64,000 nucleotides of DNA, from assembly GCA_041694815.1 (NCBI GenBank), contig JBGFSC010000029.1, positions 1 to 64,000 on the forward strand, in the 5' to 3' direction. The notes beneath the pieces were generated by a model. That model ran no database searches. It was given only the letters and a program-made list of their open reading frames with translations, and had not been told where the DNA came from. Of the stretch, positions 1 through 8,859 are shown in pieces. The stretch comes from Elusimicrobiota bacterium (GTDB taxonomy: Bacteria > Elusimicrobiota > Elusimicrobia > UBA1565 > JACRDR01). The stretch's first letter is position 1; each line of letters starts with the position of its first letter. Made by a program: the position numbers and the translations under genes.

Positions 1-1194
1 CAGAAGGTTGTCGAGCAGCATCGGCTCGACGCGGCCAAGGCCGTTATCGAGAGTATCGCCACGGCCAATAAGGCGCGCCGCTTGAGCAAAAAGCCTTACG
101 TGACCGGGACGGTCGATCAAAACAGCGTTTTGGTGACCGAGGAGAAGCTCTCGGCCCCGGACTGGGAGCAATCTTCTTACGTGTTCGAGGGCGCCGAGCA
201 TCCCGGAAATCCCTGCATAGTGGCCGTCGCCCGGCGCAGGACTAGCGGCCCCAACAGCACGACCCGCGCGCCCTATAACACCTGGGGGTTCTGCGCGACG
301 ATCGACGGGCGTGTTGGTCCCTTGAACGCGAACGGAAGCTGCTCGCTTTCCTGCGCTTCGTTGGCCATGGCCGGCGGAGGCGGCGGCGCCTGCGTCCCGG
401 ACGGCAATTGCAGCGCGGCCGCGCCCGCCTGCGATCAAACGACCAGCGGCATCGACAGCTGCGGGAATAGCTGCACTAGGAGAGGGCCTCCGTGTTGCGT
501 GCCTAATGGCAGCTGCAGCGCCAATCCCGCCTGCGAGCAGACCGCTTCCGGGGTGGACAATTGCGGCAATCCCTGCACACGCACCGGAGGCCCTTGCTGT
601 AGGCCCAACGGCAGTTGTAGCGCGGATCCGGACTGCGGTGAGCTCGCTTTTGGGGTCGACAATTGCGGAAACCGCTGCAGCCGGAGAGGTCCTCCCTGCC
701 CGGATCCGCAACCACCTCAGCCGCCTGGGCCGCCGGTCTTACCTCCCAGTTCACCGAAGGTAGAGAAGCCAAAGGATGGTTGCGCTTCGAATCCAATGGC
801 GCCGGGTTGCGGCAGTTGCGTCTGCGGCACCTGGCCTAATTGCAGGCCTCCGTCCGAATGCCAGAGCCAGCCAAAACAAGTTCCTGCGACTTGCTCGGAA
901 TGCGGCACCCCTCCTAATTGCGTCAAGTGTACGGAGGGTATATTCTATGGTTCGAGCGGAAAAGTGGTAAGTCCGGACGGCAAGACCACCATCACGCTTT
1001 GCCCACCTGCCTGCAGTGCTGCGGAAGCTGATGCAGCCGCTCGAAAGGCTGGTTTTAATATGGGTAGCGGGGATGCGAAATATTGGGAAGGCGATCAGAA
1101 AGCGAAGGCGGCCGGCAATACGAGCTGGACCTGTTCCGGCGATCCTAATAACTGCTGCGTCGTAGGCGGCAGCTGCAAATGCCCCTGTTTTTGA
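1..1194 (+). CDS. Type IV pilin-like (PilE-type) protein with long Cys-rich C-terminal extension; 5' end lies outside the window
   Basis: Frame 1 is open from base 1 (QKVVEQHRLDAAKAVIESIATANKARRL), resembling the amphipathic alpha1-C helix that follows the PxYxxxVE segment of PilE pilins. A small globular domain, a Gly linker and 40 Cys residues follow. The prepilin cleavage motif is not visible. Confidence 0.65.
   Translation, partial: QKVVEQHRLDAAKAVIESIATANKARRLSKKPYVTGTVDQNSVLVTEEKLSAPDWEQSSYVFEGAEHPGNPCIVAVARRRTSGPNSTTRAPYNTWGFCATIDGRVGPLNANGSCSLSCASLAMAGGGGGACVPDGNCSAAAPACDQTTSGIDSCGNSCTRRGPPCCVPNGSCSANPACEQTASGVDNCGNPCTRTGGPCCRPNGSCSADPDCGELAFGVDNCGNRCSRRGPPCPDPQPPQPPGPPVLPPSSPKVEKPKDGCASNPMAPGCGSCVCGTWPNCRPPSECQSQPKQVPATCSECGTPPNCVKCTEGIFYGSSGKVVSPDGKTTITLCPPACSAAEADAAARKAGFNMGSGDAKYWEGDQKAKAAGNTSWTCSGDPNNCCVVGGSCKCPCF
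391..699 (+). repeat. Three tandem in-frame Cys-rich repeats (105, 102, 102 nt; 6 Cys each)
   Basis: CVPDGNCSAAAPACDQTTSGIDSCGNSCTRRGPPC / CVPNGSCSANPACEQTASGVDNCGNPCTRTGGPC / CRPNGSCSADPDCGELAFGVDNCGNRCSRRGPPC at 391-495, 496-597 and 598-699. Confidence 0.95.
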
Positions 1195-1208
1195 GCTCGT
1201 CTAAACCT

Positions 1209-1673
1209 ATGCAATCGTCTTCCCGCGGAAAATGGCTGATCGGAGCGGCGATTTATCTCTCGTGCATCGCCGGGCTATGGATTCTAGGAAGGAACGTCTC
1301 CGCGCAGCAGGCCAAGCAGGCGGCTTTGAAGGTCGCGGCCAAGGGCGGCAAGGCGTCGGCCCAGCATCAGCTCGGGCTTGTGTATCAGATCGGTCAAGGC
1401 GTCCCGCAGGATTACGCCGAGGCCAAGACTTGGTATCTGCGCGCCGCGGAAAAGGGTTTCGCTCCCGCGATGCATTCCTTGGGGCTTCTGTACTATGCCG
1501 GCCGCGGCATGAAGTCGAGGGACCTGGTCCAGGCGTACGCATGGCATATGGCCGAACTCGGACGCTTGGGCAGGGGATGCGAGGCGATGTCGGAGCTGCC
1601 GCGGCTCATGACGAACGAAGAAACCCTGGCCGCCCACGCCCAGGCTAGCGCTATCCTTGGTAAGATCCGCTAA
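1209..1673 (+). CDS. Sel1-like repeat (SLR) protein with N-terminal membrane anchor
   Basis: AQHQLGLVYQIGQGVPQDYAEAKTWYLRAAEKG and AMHSLGLLYYAGRGM fit the SLR consensus. ATG 1209 was chosen to avoid overlap with the upstream gene. Confidence 0.85.
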   Translation: MQSSSRGKWLIGAAIYLSCIAGLWILGRNVSAQQAKQAALKVAAKGGKASAQHQLGLVYQIGQGVPQDYAEAKTWYLRAAEKGFAPAMHSLGLLYYAGRGMKSRDLVQAYAWHMAELGRLGRGCEAMSELPRLMTNEETLAAHAQASAILGKIR

Positions 1674-1742
1674 GCCTTCGGCAAAATGGGTTTCTAAACG
1701 CCTTTCCAAAATGGCCGAAGGAAGCGGCCCGCGTCGCTGACG

Positions 1743-2918
1743 CTATACCAGTTTTGTGAGGACTTCGACTAGGAACTGGTCTAGGCCGATGGCTTCTATC
1801 CCTTCGCTCAGCGGATAACGCTCGCTGCCGCTATAAATCGCCCAGGCTCTGGGCCGACCCAAATCCTTCCGTGCCTCATGGAACCCGCGGGCCAGCACCG
1901 GTCGAAGGCCTAGCTTGATCTCGACCAGCGCGCGGATGCTGCGTCCCCGGTGCAAGACCAGATCGATTTCGGCGCCAGCATGGGTCCGGAAAAAGGAAGC
2001 CTCGAGGCGGCCGTGAGCCGTCTCCAGGATTTGCTCCAAGACAAACCCTTCCCACGATTTGCCTGCGATGGGATGAGACAGCAGGTCATCGGCGTCGGCA
2101 AGGCCCAGAAGGGCGTGCAGAAGTCCGCTATCACGGATATAGACCCTGGGTGACTTCACAAGACGCTTTTTTAAATTGGCATGCCAGGCGGGAACGGTTC
2201 TAAGCAAAAACATTTGTTCGAGGATGGAGCGATAATGCGTGGCGGTCGGTGGGGTGACACCGAAGCTGGACGCGAGTTCCTGGGCATTCCAAAGTTGGCC
2301 GTGATTATGAGCCAGCATCGTCCAGAAACGCCTGAGTTCGCCAGCCGCCACCCGGAATCCTAACTGCGGAAGGTCTCGTTCCAGGTAGCTCCGGATCAAT
2401 GCGTCTCGCCAACGTTCCGAGGTGGCTTCTGAGCGCGAGAGCAGCGCTTCGGGATAACCGCCTCTCAGCCAATGTCGTCTGAGCGGAACTCGCGGGCCCG
2501 TTTCTGCCCTCGAGAAAGGCCCGAGTTCCAAGAACTGAATGCGCCCGGCCAGGCTTTCCGAAATCTGTTGCAGGGCGAGGAGGTTGGCGGAGCCGAGAAT
2601 GAGGAAACGCCCGGCCCGCCGTTTTCTGTCCACCAAGGCGCGAAGCAGCGGGAACAGCTCCGGTTTTCTCTGAACCTCGTCGATGACGACGAGCCGATCG
2701 GCTTGCGTTTCCAAGTACATCTCGGCATCGCTTAAGCGCGCTGCATCTGAGGCGAGCTCCAGATCGAGATAGAGGGGTTGTGGATGGCCTTGCGCCCGGG
2801 ACCGGGCGAATTCCTGAGCCAAGGTGGTCTTGCCGACCTGGCGAGGCCCGATCAAGGCCACCACCGGGAATTCGGAGACGGCGCGCGCTAGGTCGCGGAA
2901 AATGAGACGCTTAATCAT
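1743..2918 (-). CDS. AAA+ ATPase (AAA_14 + DUF4143 family)
   Basis: Walker A GPRQVGKTT, Walker B VVIDEVQ, RGGYPE, KRLVKSPRVYIRDSGL, C-terminal EIDLVL..VEIK. Start at 2918 or 2921. Confidence 0.9.
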   Translation of the reverse strand: MIKRLIFRDLARAVSEFPVVALIGPRQVGKTTLAQEFARSRAQGHPQPLYLDLELASDAARLSDAEMYLETQADRLVVIDEVQRKPELFPLLRALVDRKRRAGRFLILGSANLLALQQISESLAGRIQFLELGPFSRAETGPRVPLRRHWLRGGYPEALLSRSEATSERWRDALIRSYLERDLPQLGFRVAAGELRRFWTMLAHNHGQLWNAQELASSFGVTPPTATHYRSILEQMFLLRTVPAWHANLKKRLVKSPRVYIRDSGLLHALLGLADADDLLSHPIAGKSWEGFVLEQILETAHGRLEASFFRTHAGAEIDLVLHRGRSIRALVEIKLGLRPVLARGFHEARKDLGRPRAWAIYSGSERYPLSEGIEAIGLDQFLVEVLTKLV

Positions 2919-2925
2919 CATTGAA

Positions 2926-2954
2926 AATATAACATATAGTCTTTTTATTTTCAA
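2926..2954 (-). promoter_or_regulatory. sigma70-type promoter of the AAA gene (leaderless)
   Basis: TTGAAA (2949-2954), 17-nt spacer, TGtTATATT (-10 at 2926-2931), 7 nt before ATG 2918. Confidence 0.7.
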
Positions 2955-2960
2955 TGATTA

Positions 2961-3221
2961 CTAATAGTGGTATCGTGCCTGTAGGAAGTGAATCTGCTCC
3001 GAGCGGGCTAGGTAGACGATCCGATGCTCCTGGGTGAGACGTCGCGACCACGCTCCTGCCGCAAGATATTTAAGGGGCTCGGGTTTGCCGATGCCCTGGA
3101 AAGGCTCGCGGAGGGTTGCCTCGACGATATCCAGCGCCCGCAAAGCGATTTTGCGATCTGTGTGCACCCAATAGCGCAGATCCTCGCGAAATTCCGGATG
3201 AAAAACAGCTAGGCGAGCCAC
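2961..3221 (-). CDS. yoeB: Txe/YoeB family toxin
   Basis: GIGKPEPLKY...WSRRLTQEHRIVY...LQARYHY signature, 86 aa. Confidence 0.95.
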   Translation of the reverse strand: MARLAVFHPEFREDLRYWVHTDRKIALRALDIVEATLREPFQGIGKPEPLKYLAAGAWSRRLTQEHRIVYLARSEQIHFLQARYHY

Positions 3222-3237
3222 GAATGGCGACGCTTGT

Positions 3238-3516
3238 CTAGGCGAATCCGAGTTCCCGCCGTAGCTTTGCTGGCGACTGGGCCTTTCCTCCCCTCCTTTG
3301 GGCGCGAAGCAAGGCGGTCAGCAAGCGCTTTGCGTTTTTCGGCGAACGCAACAAGTGCGCCGTCTCCAGTAGGCTGCGCAGCTCGGATGCCGCAACCAGG
3401 GCCACGTCCTCGGCCTTGCGCCGGTGAATGATCACGATATCGCGAGAGGCAGCCACATCATTGCAAAGGGAAGCCAGATGAGCCCGGGCGTGGGTGTAGG
3501 TGGTCTCGGTAGCCAT
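3238..3516 (-). CDS. yefM: Phd/YefM family antitoxin
   Basis: TTYTHARAHLASLCNDV...SLLETAHLLRSPKNAKRL; lies directly upstream of yoeB. Confidence 0.95.
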   Translation of the reverse strand: MATETTYTHARAHLASLCNDVAASRDIVIIHRRKAEDVALVAASELRSLLETAHLLRSPKNAKRLLTALLRAQRRGGKAQSPAKLRRELGFA

Positions 3517-3520
3517 AAAT

Positions 3521-3561
3521 ATGTACAGAGGTACTGTACATCATTTTTACCGCCGCGTCAA
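3521..3561 (-). promoter_or_regulatory. yefM-yoeB promoter with paired TGTACA operator palindromes
   Basis: -35 TTGACG (3556-3561), 17 nt, -10 TACAGT (3533-3538). TGTACA at 3522-3527 and 3535-3540 within the inverted repeat ATGTACAG-N5-CTGTACAT. Confidence 0.8.
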
Positions 3562-3580
3562 GGCCCCGACCCCGGCAGTC

Positions 3581-4270
3581 CTAAAAACCGCTTTTCGGGA
3601 GCTTCTTTCTGGGGTTGACCGGCCGGTCCGCCTCGCGGAACTCGAAATGCACGTGCGGCCCGGTCGAGCGGCCCGTGGATCCCAGGAGGGCGATCACCTG
3701 GTCGGCGGCCACCCAATCCTCTGTGCGCACGCGCAGCGCGTCGTTGTGGGCGTAGAGCGTCGTCGATTTGGAGTCGTGGCGCAGGATGACGACGTTGCCG
3801 TAGCCGGAAAGCTGGTCGCCGGCGTAGAGCACCTTGCCGGGCGCGGCGGCATAGACGGGGCTGCGCCGATCGGCCGCGATATCCATCCCCCGATGCTGCT
3901 TGCCCCAGCGCCCGCCGAATTCGGAGCTGACCACTCCGGCCCTAAGCGGCCAGCGGTAGGCGCCGGGATAGCTGGGGACGGGGAAGGGCTTGGCTGATGG
4001 CGCCGTCCCGGGCGGGCTTTTTTTGGGGCGGCCGAAAACCCCGGCGTCGCGCAGGACGTCGAGCACCGCCCTCTCGTCGAGCACGCCGCTGTCGTGGTAG
4101 CGCCGTAGCACGTGCGCCATGCGGGCGTAGCGGTCGAATTCGGGAAGGATATTGCGGCCGCCGGGAACGACGCGCAGCGTCTGGCGCGTCAGTCGTTCGG
4201 CGGTTTTGCAGGCCCCGAAAGCCAGGCATAAGGCCGCGATGGCATAGACGCCTTTACGCACGTTCGCCAT
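3581..4270 (-). CDS. M23 family metallopeptidase, probable lipoprotein
   Basis: HRGMD (HxxxD), TLYAHN, STGPHVHFE (HxH); N-terminal LAFGAC lipobox-like. Confidence 0.9.
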   Translation of the reverse strand: MANVRKGVYAIAALCLAFGACKTAERLTRQTLRVVPGGRNILPEFDRYARMAHVLRRYHDSGVLDERAVLDVLRDAGVFGRPKKSPPGTAPSAKPFPVPSYPGAYRWPLRAGVVSSEFGGRWGKQHRGMDIAADRRSPVYAAAPGKVLYAGDQLSGYGNVVILRHDSKSTTLYAHNDALRVRTEDWVAADQVIALLGSTGRSTGPHVHFEFREADRPVNPRKKLPKSGF

Positions 4271-4357
4271 TTTATATTTTTATGGGGCCTTGGCCCCTAC
4301 CCTTGGCGGGTCCTTAGGCCTTTGTTCATTGACGCGCTAGGCGCTTATACTTTGCTT

Positions 4358-5443
4358 GTGAGACTATTCGCCGCCTGCTTGCTGATCGCCGCACCGTGTC
4401 TTGCCGCACCCGCGTCTTCCGAAGAGCCCCTTTCGTCCTCCGGCCTATTGAGGGAATATAATGAGCGCAAAGATCGGCTCGAAAGGCAGGCGGCGCTTTC
4501 GCCCGAGGGGCGCGTCCTGCAGGCGGCCATTAGCGAGGACGGCTCCAAAATAGCGACCTTCGCGATCATCGGGGAAAAAACGTTGTTGGGAGTCGTGTGG
4601 GACGCCCTGACGCATTCGCCGATGACCTCGTTGGAATTGGCTCCGATCTCGGGGCTCAATCGAATCCTTTCATCGTCGTTTAGCCCCGATGGATCGAAGA
4701 TCCTATTTTTTACGGAATCTGCGGCATACGTTTGGGAGGCGAAGGGGCGGTTGGTATTCTTGCTGGAACCACGGGGCGTCGGGAGCTTGAGTATAGTCGA
4801 GGCCGCGTTAAGTCCCGATGGCTCGATGCTCGTCGCGGCGCTCGATGGCGTCGGTTCTGACCAACGGGATCAACTGCTAGTTTCGGAAATCGGGACCGGG
4901 AAAAGACTGGCCCGGATTGATCTTCCCGAAACTCCGCGAGCCTGCGCCTTTGGACCAGACGGGAAGCATATACTTGTGGACGTTTCCAAATGGGGCGTCT
5001 GGCGGCACGAGGTTCCCAAGAGCGAGAGGCGCTTTTATGAGCGCGGGTGGCCGAAACAATTCGAGGACCTCACAAAGGTGTACGGGGGCATCGTTCATTC
5101 GCGCATCGAAAACGGCAAGCGTATCGTATGGGAAGGACCGGACAAGCCGGCGTTTCTGCTAGATGCGCGCAGCGGCAAAATATTGAGCGACTTCGGCGGC
5201 GTCAAGAGCGTCCGCTCGGTCTCGATTAACCGAGCCGGGGACCGGGCCGTCGTGTGTTCGGAAAAGGGCGTTTACGTATGGGCCCCCGATGAAAAGGGCG
5301 ACTGGAACATCGATTTGGGGCCGAATAACGAAGCGCTGAAGAAGGACTTTGCCGAACTGCAGCAACGGTGGTCAATGGCCGCCGGACCCGTTAAAGAAGG
5401 CGCCGGCGGCGCGCAAGAGCGCTTCAAGCTTAAAGACGAGTAA
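4358..5443 (+). CDS. Secreted WD40/beta-propeller protein
   Basis: Signal peptide, then repeated (F/L/I)S(P/E)DG(S/K) blade motifs. Start GTG 4358 is 6 nt after TATACT. Confidence 0.75.
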   Translation: MRLFAACLLIAAPCLAAPASSEEPLSSSGLLREYNERKDRLERQAALSPEGRVLQAAISEDGSKIATFAIIGEKTLLGVVWDALTHSPMTSLELAPISGLNRILSSSFSPDGSKILFFTESAAYVWEAKGRLVFLLEPRGVGSLSIVEAALSPDGSMLVAALDGVGSDQRDQLLVSEIGTGKRLARIDLPETPRACAFGPDGKHILVDVSKWGVWRHEVPKSERRFYERGWPKQFEDLTKVYGGIVHSRIENGKRIVWEGPDKPAFLLDARSGKILSDFGGVKSVRSVSINRAGDRAVVCSEKGVYVWAPDEKGDWNIDLGPNNEALKKDFAELQQRWSMAAGPVKEGAGGAQERFKLKDE

Positions 5444-5444
5444 A

Positions 5445-7586
5445 CTACCAGACCCGGTTCGGTGGCTGGCGGACCATGGGCGCGTCGGCCTTGCAGCCGA
5501 AGGCCTCGCGGAATTCCGGCATGTTGGAGACGACCCCGTTGACGCGGTATTTCCCGGTGGAATGCGGGTTGGATTTCGCCTGGTTCTTGGCCGACTCGGG
5601 AGTCTGGTTGCCGCACCAACTTTGGCCGTAGGCTACGAAGAAGCGTTGGTCCGGGGTCAAGCCGTCGGCGGGCCTGGCGTCCTTGGCGCCGCGCTTGTAG
5701 GCGATGAAGGATAGGATCAATCCCCCGTTGTCGGCCAGGTTCTCGCCCAAGGTCAATTTGCCGTTGAGCTTGATGTCCTGCCCCGGGTTGTCGGGGTCCT
5801 TGCCGACTACATACTCCGAGTATTGATCGACGAAGGCCTTGGCGCGAGCGTCGAAGGCCCGCGCGTCCTCCTCGTTCCACCAATCGCGGAGATTTCCCTG
5901 GGCGTCGTAGCGCCGGCCCTCGTCGTCGAAGGCATGGATGAGCTCATGGCCCATCGTGGCGCCGGTCGCGCCGTAATTGACCGCCATATCCGCGCTGAGG
6001 TCGAAGAGGGGCGGTTGGAGTATGCCCGCTGGGAAATTGATGTCGTTCATCTGCGGGTCGTAGTAGGCGTTGTCCGTCGGGGGAGTCATCCACCACTCGC
6101 CGCGGTCCACCGGCCCGCCGATCTTGCCCAAGCGCCTGCGGAACTCGAAGGCGCTGGCGCTGCGGGCGTTGCGCAAAAGCGCCCGGCGCGAGATGGAAAG
6201 GTCCCGGTAGCTTTTCCAGCGTTCCGGGTAGCCGATCTTGTTGGCGATGGAACGCAGCTTGCGCAGCGCGCGCCGCTTGGTGGGAGCGCTCATCCAGTCG
6301 AGCCCGCGGATATTGTCCTTCATGACGGACTCGATCGCGGCGATCATTTCGTGCGCGCGTTGCTTCTGCTCCGGGCCGAAGTGGCGCTCGACGTAGGCCT
6401 TGCCCAGGGCGTCGCCCATGTTCGCGTCGACTAAGCCGACGCAGCTCTTCCATCGCGCCTTGATCTCCTGCTGGCCGCCGAGCTCCTTGTCGAAGAAGGC
6501 GAAGTCCTCTTGGACGAAGGCCTTCGGCAGGAGGTCCGCGTTGGCGTGCAGCAGCTGCCAGCGGAGGTACGACTTCCAGTCGTCGAGGGAATGGTCCTGA
6601 AGCACCGCCTCCAATCCCGCGAAGAAGCCGGTCGACGCCACGTCCAAGGCTTTAAAGGGAGGGGCCCCGATCGTCCTCAGATACCGGTCCCATGGGAAGG
6701 AGGGGGTCAGCCGCTGGAGCTGCTCGAGGCTCATCTTGTTGTGCACGTTGGAGGGATTGCGGCGGCTGACGATGTCGGCCGAGATCCGGGCTAGCGCCGT
6801 CTCCACGCGCAGCACGCGTTGCGCGTGCTCGGCCGCCGCCGGCTGGGATTGCCCGGCGAGTTGGAACATCCTCTCGAGGTGCAAGAGGTATTTTTTACGG
6901 TCCTCCGCGGAATCCTCGCTGAGATAATAATCACGGTCCGGAAGGGAAAGCCCGCCCTGATCGGCCCAGGCGATCATCCGGGAGGACCGCTGGTAGTCCT
7001 GCGCCGAACCGAAATAGAAGAGCGCCCCGATGCCCTGCTGGTGCAGCCGCGCCAACTCGACGGCCAGGTCCTCCTTCGCGGCCAAGGAGGCGACGCGGGC
7101 GAGCTCGGGCTTTACGGGCGATAGGCCCTTGGCCTCAACGGACTCTTCGTCCATGCAGGAGGCGTAGAGATCGCCCATCTTACGCTGCTCCTGGGATTGG
7201 CCCTTCGGCCGTTTAGCTGCCGCCTCCAGGATGTCGCGGAGTTGTACGAGGGTCAATTCATCGAGCTGCTGATAGCGCATCCAGCGCGACTGGTCGGCGG
7301 GAACGGGATTGTTCTTGAGCCAGGTCCCGCAGGAGTACTGGTAGAAATCGACGCAGGGATCGGCGCTCGGGTCCATGTCCGAGGGGTCGAGCACTAAAAG
7401 GGGCTTGGGCGGCTTGGGCGAGGCGGGGGGAGTCGCCTCGTTCTTGAACAGCCGGCTGCCGTCGTAGACGGCGCCGAACTGCTCTTCAAGGAGCATCTGC
7501 AGCGTCTCGTGCGGCAGGCCGATGTCTTTGGCGTGAACGGCGACGGCAAGGATCCAGGGCGCGAGAAAAGGCAGGAGTTTTCTCAT
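5445..7586 (-). CDS. M13 (neprilysin/PepO-like) metalloendopeptidase, secreted
   Basis: DPCVDFYQYSCG, NAYY, HELIH (HExxH), GENLADNGG; signal peptide from ATG 7586. Confidence 0.95.
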   Translation of the reverse strand: MRKLLPFLAPWILAVAVHAKDIGLPHETLQMLLEEQFGAVYDGSRLFKNEATPPASPKPPKPLLVLDPSDMDPSADPCVDFYQYSCGTWLKNNPVPADQSRWMRYQQLDELTLVQLRDILEAAAKRPKGQSQEQRKMGDLYASCMDEESVEAKGLSPVKPELARVASLAAKEDLAVELARLHQQGIGALFYFGSAQDYQRSSRMIAWADQGGLSLPDRDYYLSEDSAEDRKKYLLHLERMFQLAGQSQPAAAEHAQRVLRVETALARISADIVSRRNPSNVHNKMSLEQLQRLTPSFPWDRYLRTIGAPPFKALDVASTGFFAGLEAVLQDHSLDDWKSYLRWQLLHANADLLPKAFVQEDFAFFDKELGGQQEIKARWKSCVGLVDANMGDALGKAYVERHFGPEQKQRAHEMIAAIESVMKDNIRGLDWMSAPTKRRALRKLRSIANKIGYPERWKSYRDLSISRRALLRNARSASAFEFRRRLGKIGGPVDRGEWWMTPPTDNAYYDPQMNDINFPAGILQPPLFDLSADMAVNYGATGATMGHELIHAFDDEGRRYDAQGNLRDWWNEEDARAFDARAKAFVDQYSEYVVGKDPDNPGQDIKLNGKLTLGENLADNGGLILSFIAYKRGAKDARPADGLTPDQRFFVAYGQSWCGNQTPESAKNQAKSNPHSTGKYRVNGVVSNMPEFREAFGCKADAPMVRQPPNRVW

Positions 7587-7686
7587 GGAGGCAATATAAC
7601 CCAAGAGCCCCTCGCATAAAATTCGTCAAAGGGCCTACCGGAAAAGGGCCTCTTAGACCTAGGATCTAATTTTGTAGAATCAGCGC

Positions 7687-8859
7687 ATGTCGGAACTAAA
7701 GGACGATTCCAAACGCCGTTTCGCCACTCAAGCCGTGCACGCGGGGCAGGAGCCGGACGCCGCCACCGGCGCCATCATGACTCCGGTGTACTTTACCTCC
7801 ACCTACGTGCAGGAGGCGCCGGGAAAGCACAAGGGTTTCGATTATTCCCGCAGTGTCCATCCCACGCGCCAGGCCTTGGAGCGCAATCTGGCCGCGCTCG
7901 AGGGGGGGCGTTTCGGGCTCTGCTTTTCTAGCGGCATGGCCGCCACCAGCACCGTGATCGAGGCGCTTAACCCCGGCGACCATGTCCTCAGTTGCAACGA
8001 TCTCTACGGTGGCACTTACCGGACCTTCACCCAGGTGTTTAAGCGCTTCGGGATCCGCTTTGATTTCATCAGCAGCTACGATCTGACCGCCGTCGAGAAG
8101 GCCCTCCGTCCCGAGACCAAGCTGGTCTGGCTCGAGACGCCCTCCAACCCGATGCTCCGCGTCACCGACATCCGCGCGGTTTCCGAGCTGGCCCATGCCC
8201 GGGGGGCCAAGGTCGCCGTCGACAACACCTTCGCCACCCCGTGCCTGCAGCAGCCGCTCGCCTTGGGGGCCGATCTCGTGGTCCATTCGACGACCAAATA
8301 CCTGGGAGGGCACTCGGACGTGGTCGGCGGGGCGATCGTGACGTCGGAGGCGGGGCTTTACGACAAGCTCAAGTTCCTTCAGAACGCCGTCGGCGCGATC
8401 CCGGGGCCCATGGACTGCTTCCTCGTCCTGCGTGGCGCCAAGACCCTGCCCCTGCGCATGGAGCGGCATTGCGCCAACGCCCTACGCCTCGCCGAGCATT
8501 TAAGCCGGCACGAGGAGGTGACCCGAGTCCATTACCCCGGCCTTGCCTCCCATCCCGATCATGCCTCGGCCAAAAAGCAGATGAAGGGCTTCGGCGGCAT
8601 GATCTCCTTCGAGGTCAAGGGGGGCTTGGAGCGGGCTCAGCGCCTGATGGTTTCGACCGAAGTCTTCTCGCTGGCCGAAAGTCTGGGTGGGGTGGAATCG
8701 CTCATCGGGCATCCGGCGACGATGACGCACGCCTCCATCCCGAGGGAAGAACGGCTCAAGGCCGGCCTGGCCGACGGGCTCATCCGCCTTTCGGTGGGTA
8801 TCGAGGATCCCGACGATCTGATCGAGGACTTAAATCAGGCCTTGGCCCGCAGCCGCTGA
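7687..8859 (+). CDS. Cystathionine gamma-synthase/gamma-lyase (Cys/Met PLP enzyme)
   Basis: DYSR, SSGMAA, ETPSNP, DNTFATP, HSTTKYLGGHSD (PLP Lys), AESLGGVESL, IRLSVGIE. Confidence 0.95.
   Translation: MSELKDDSKRRFATQAVHAGQEPDAATGAIMTPVYFTSTYVQEAPGKHKGFDYSRSVHPTRQALERNLAALEGGRFGLCFSSGMAATSTVIEALNPGDHVLSCNDLYGGTYRTFTQVFKRFGIRFDFISSYDLTAVEKALRPETKLVWLETPSNPMLRVTDIRAVSELAHARGAKVAVDNTFATPCLQQPLALGADLVVHSTTKYLGGHSDVVGGAIVTSEAGLYDKLKFLQNAVGAIPGPMDCFLVLRGAKTLPLRMERHCANALRLAEHLSRHEEVTRVHYPGLASHPDHASAKKQMKGFGGMISFEVKGGLERAQRLMVSTEVFSLAESLGGVESLIGHPATMTHASIPREERLKAGLADGLIRLSVGIEDPDDLIEDLNQALARSR

Noticed and set aside
391..699. 102-nt tandem repeats as a CRISPR array or DGR template/variable repeats
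   Set aside because: The repeats are in-frame, have no unique spacers and differ at all base types rather than only at adenines. No cas or reverse transcriptase gene is in the window.
1675..1721. 8-bp inverted repeat CCTTCGGC...GCCGAAGG as an attC site or terminator
   Set aside because: Short arms, 31-nt loop, no convincing RYYYAAC/GTTRRRY ends or U-tract, and no integrase.
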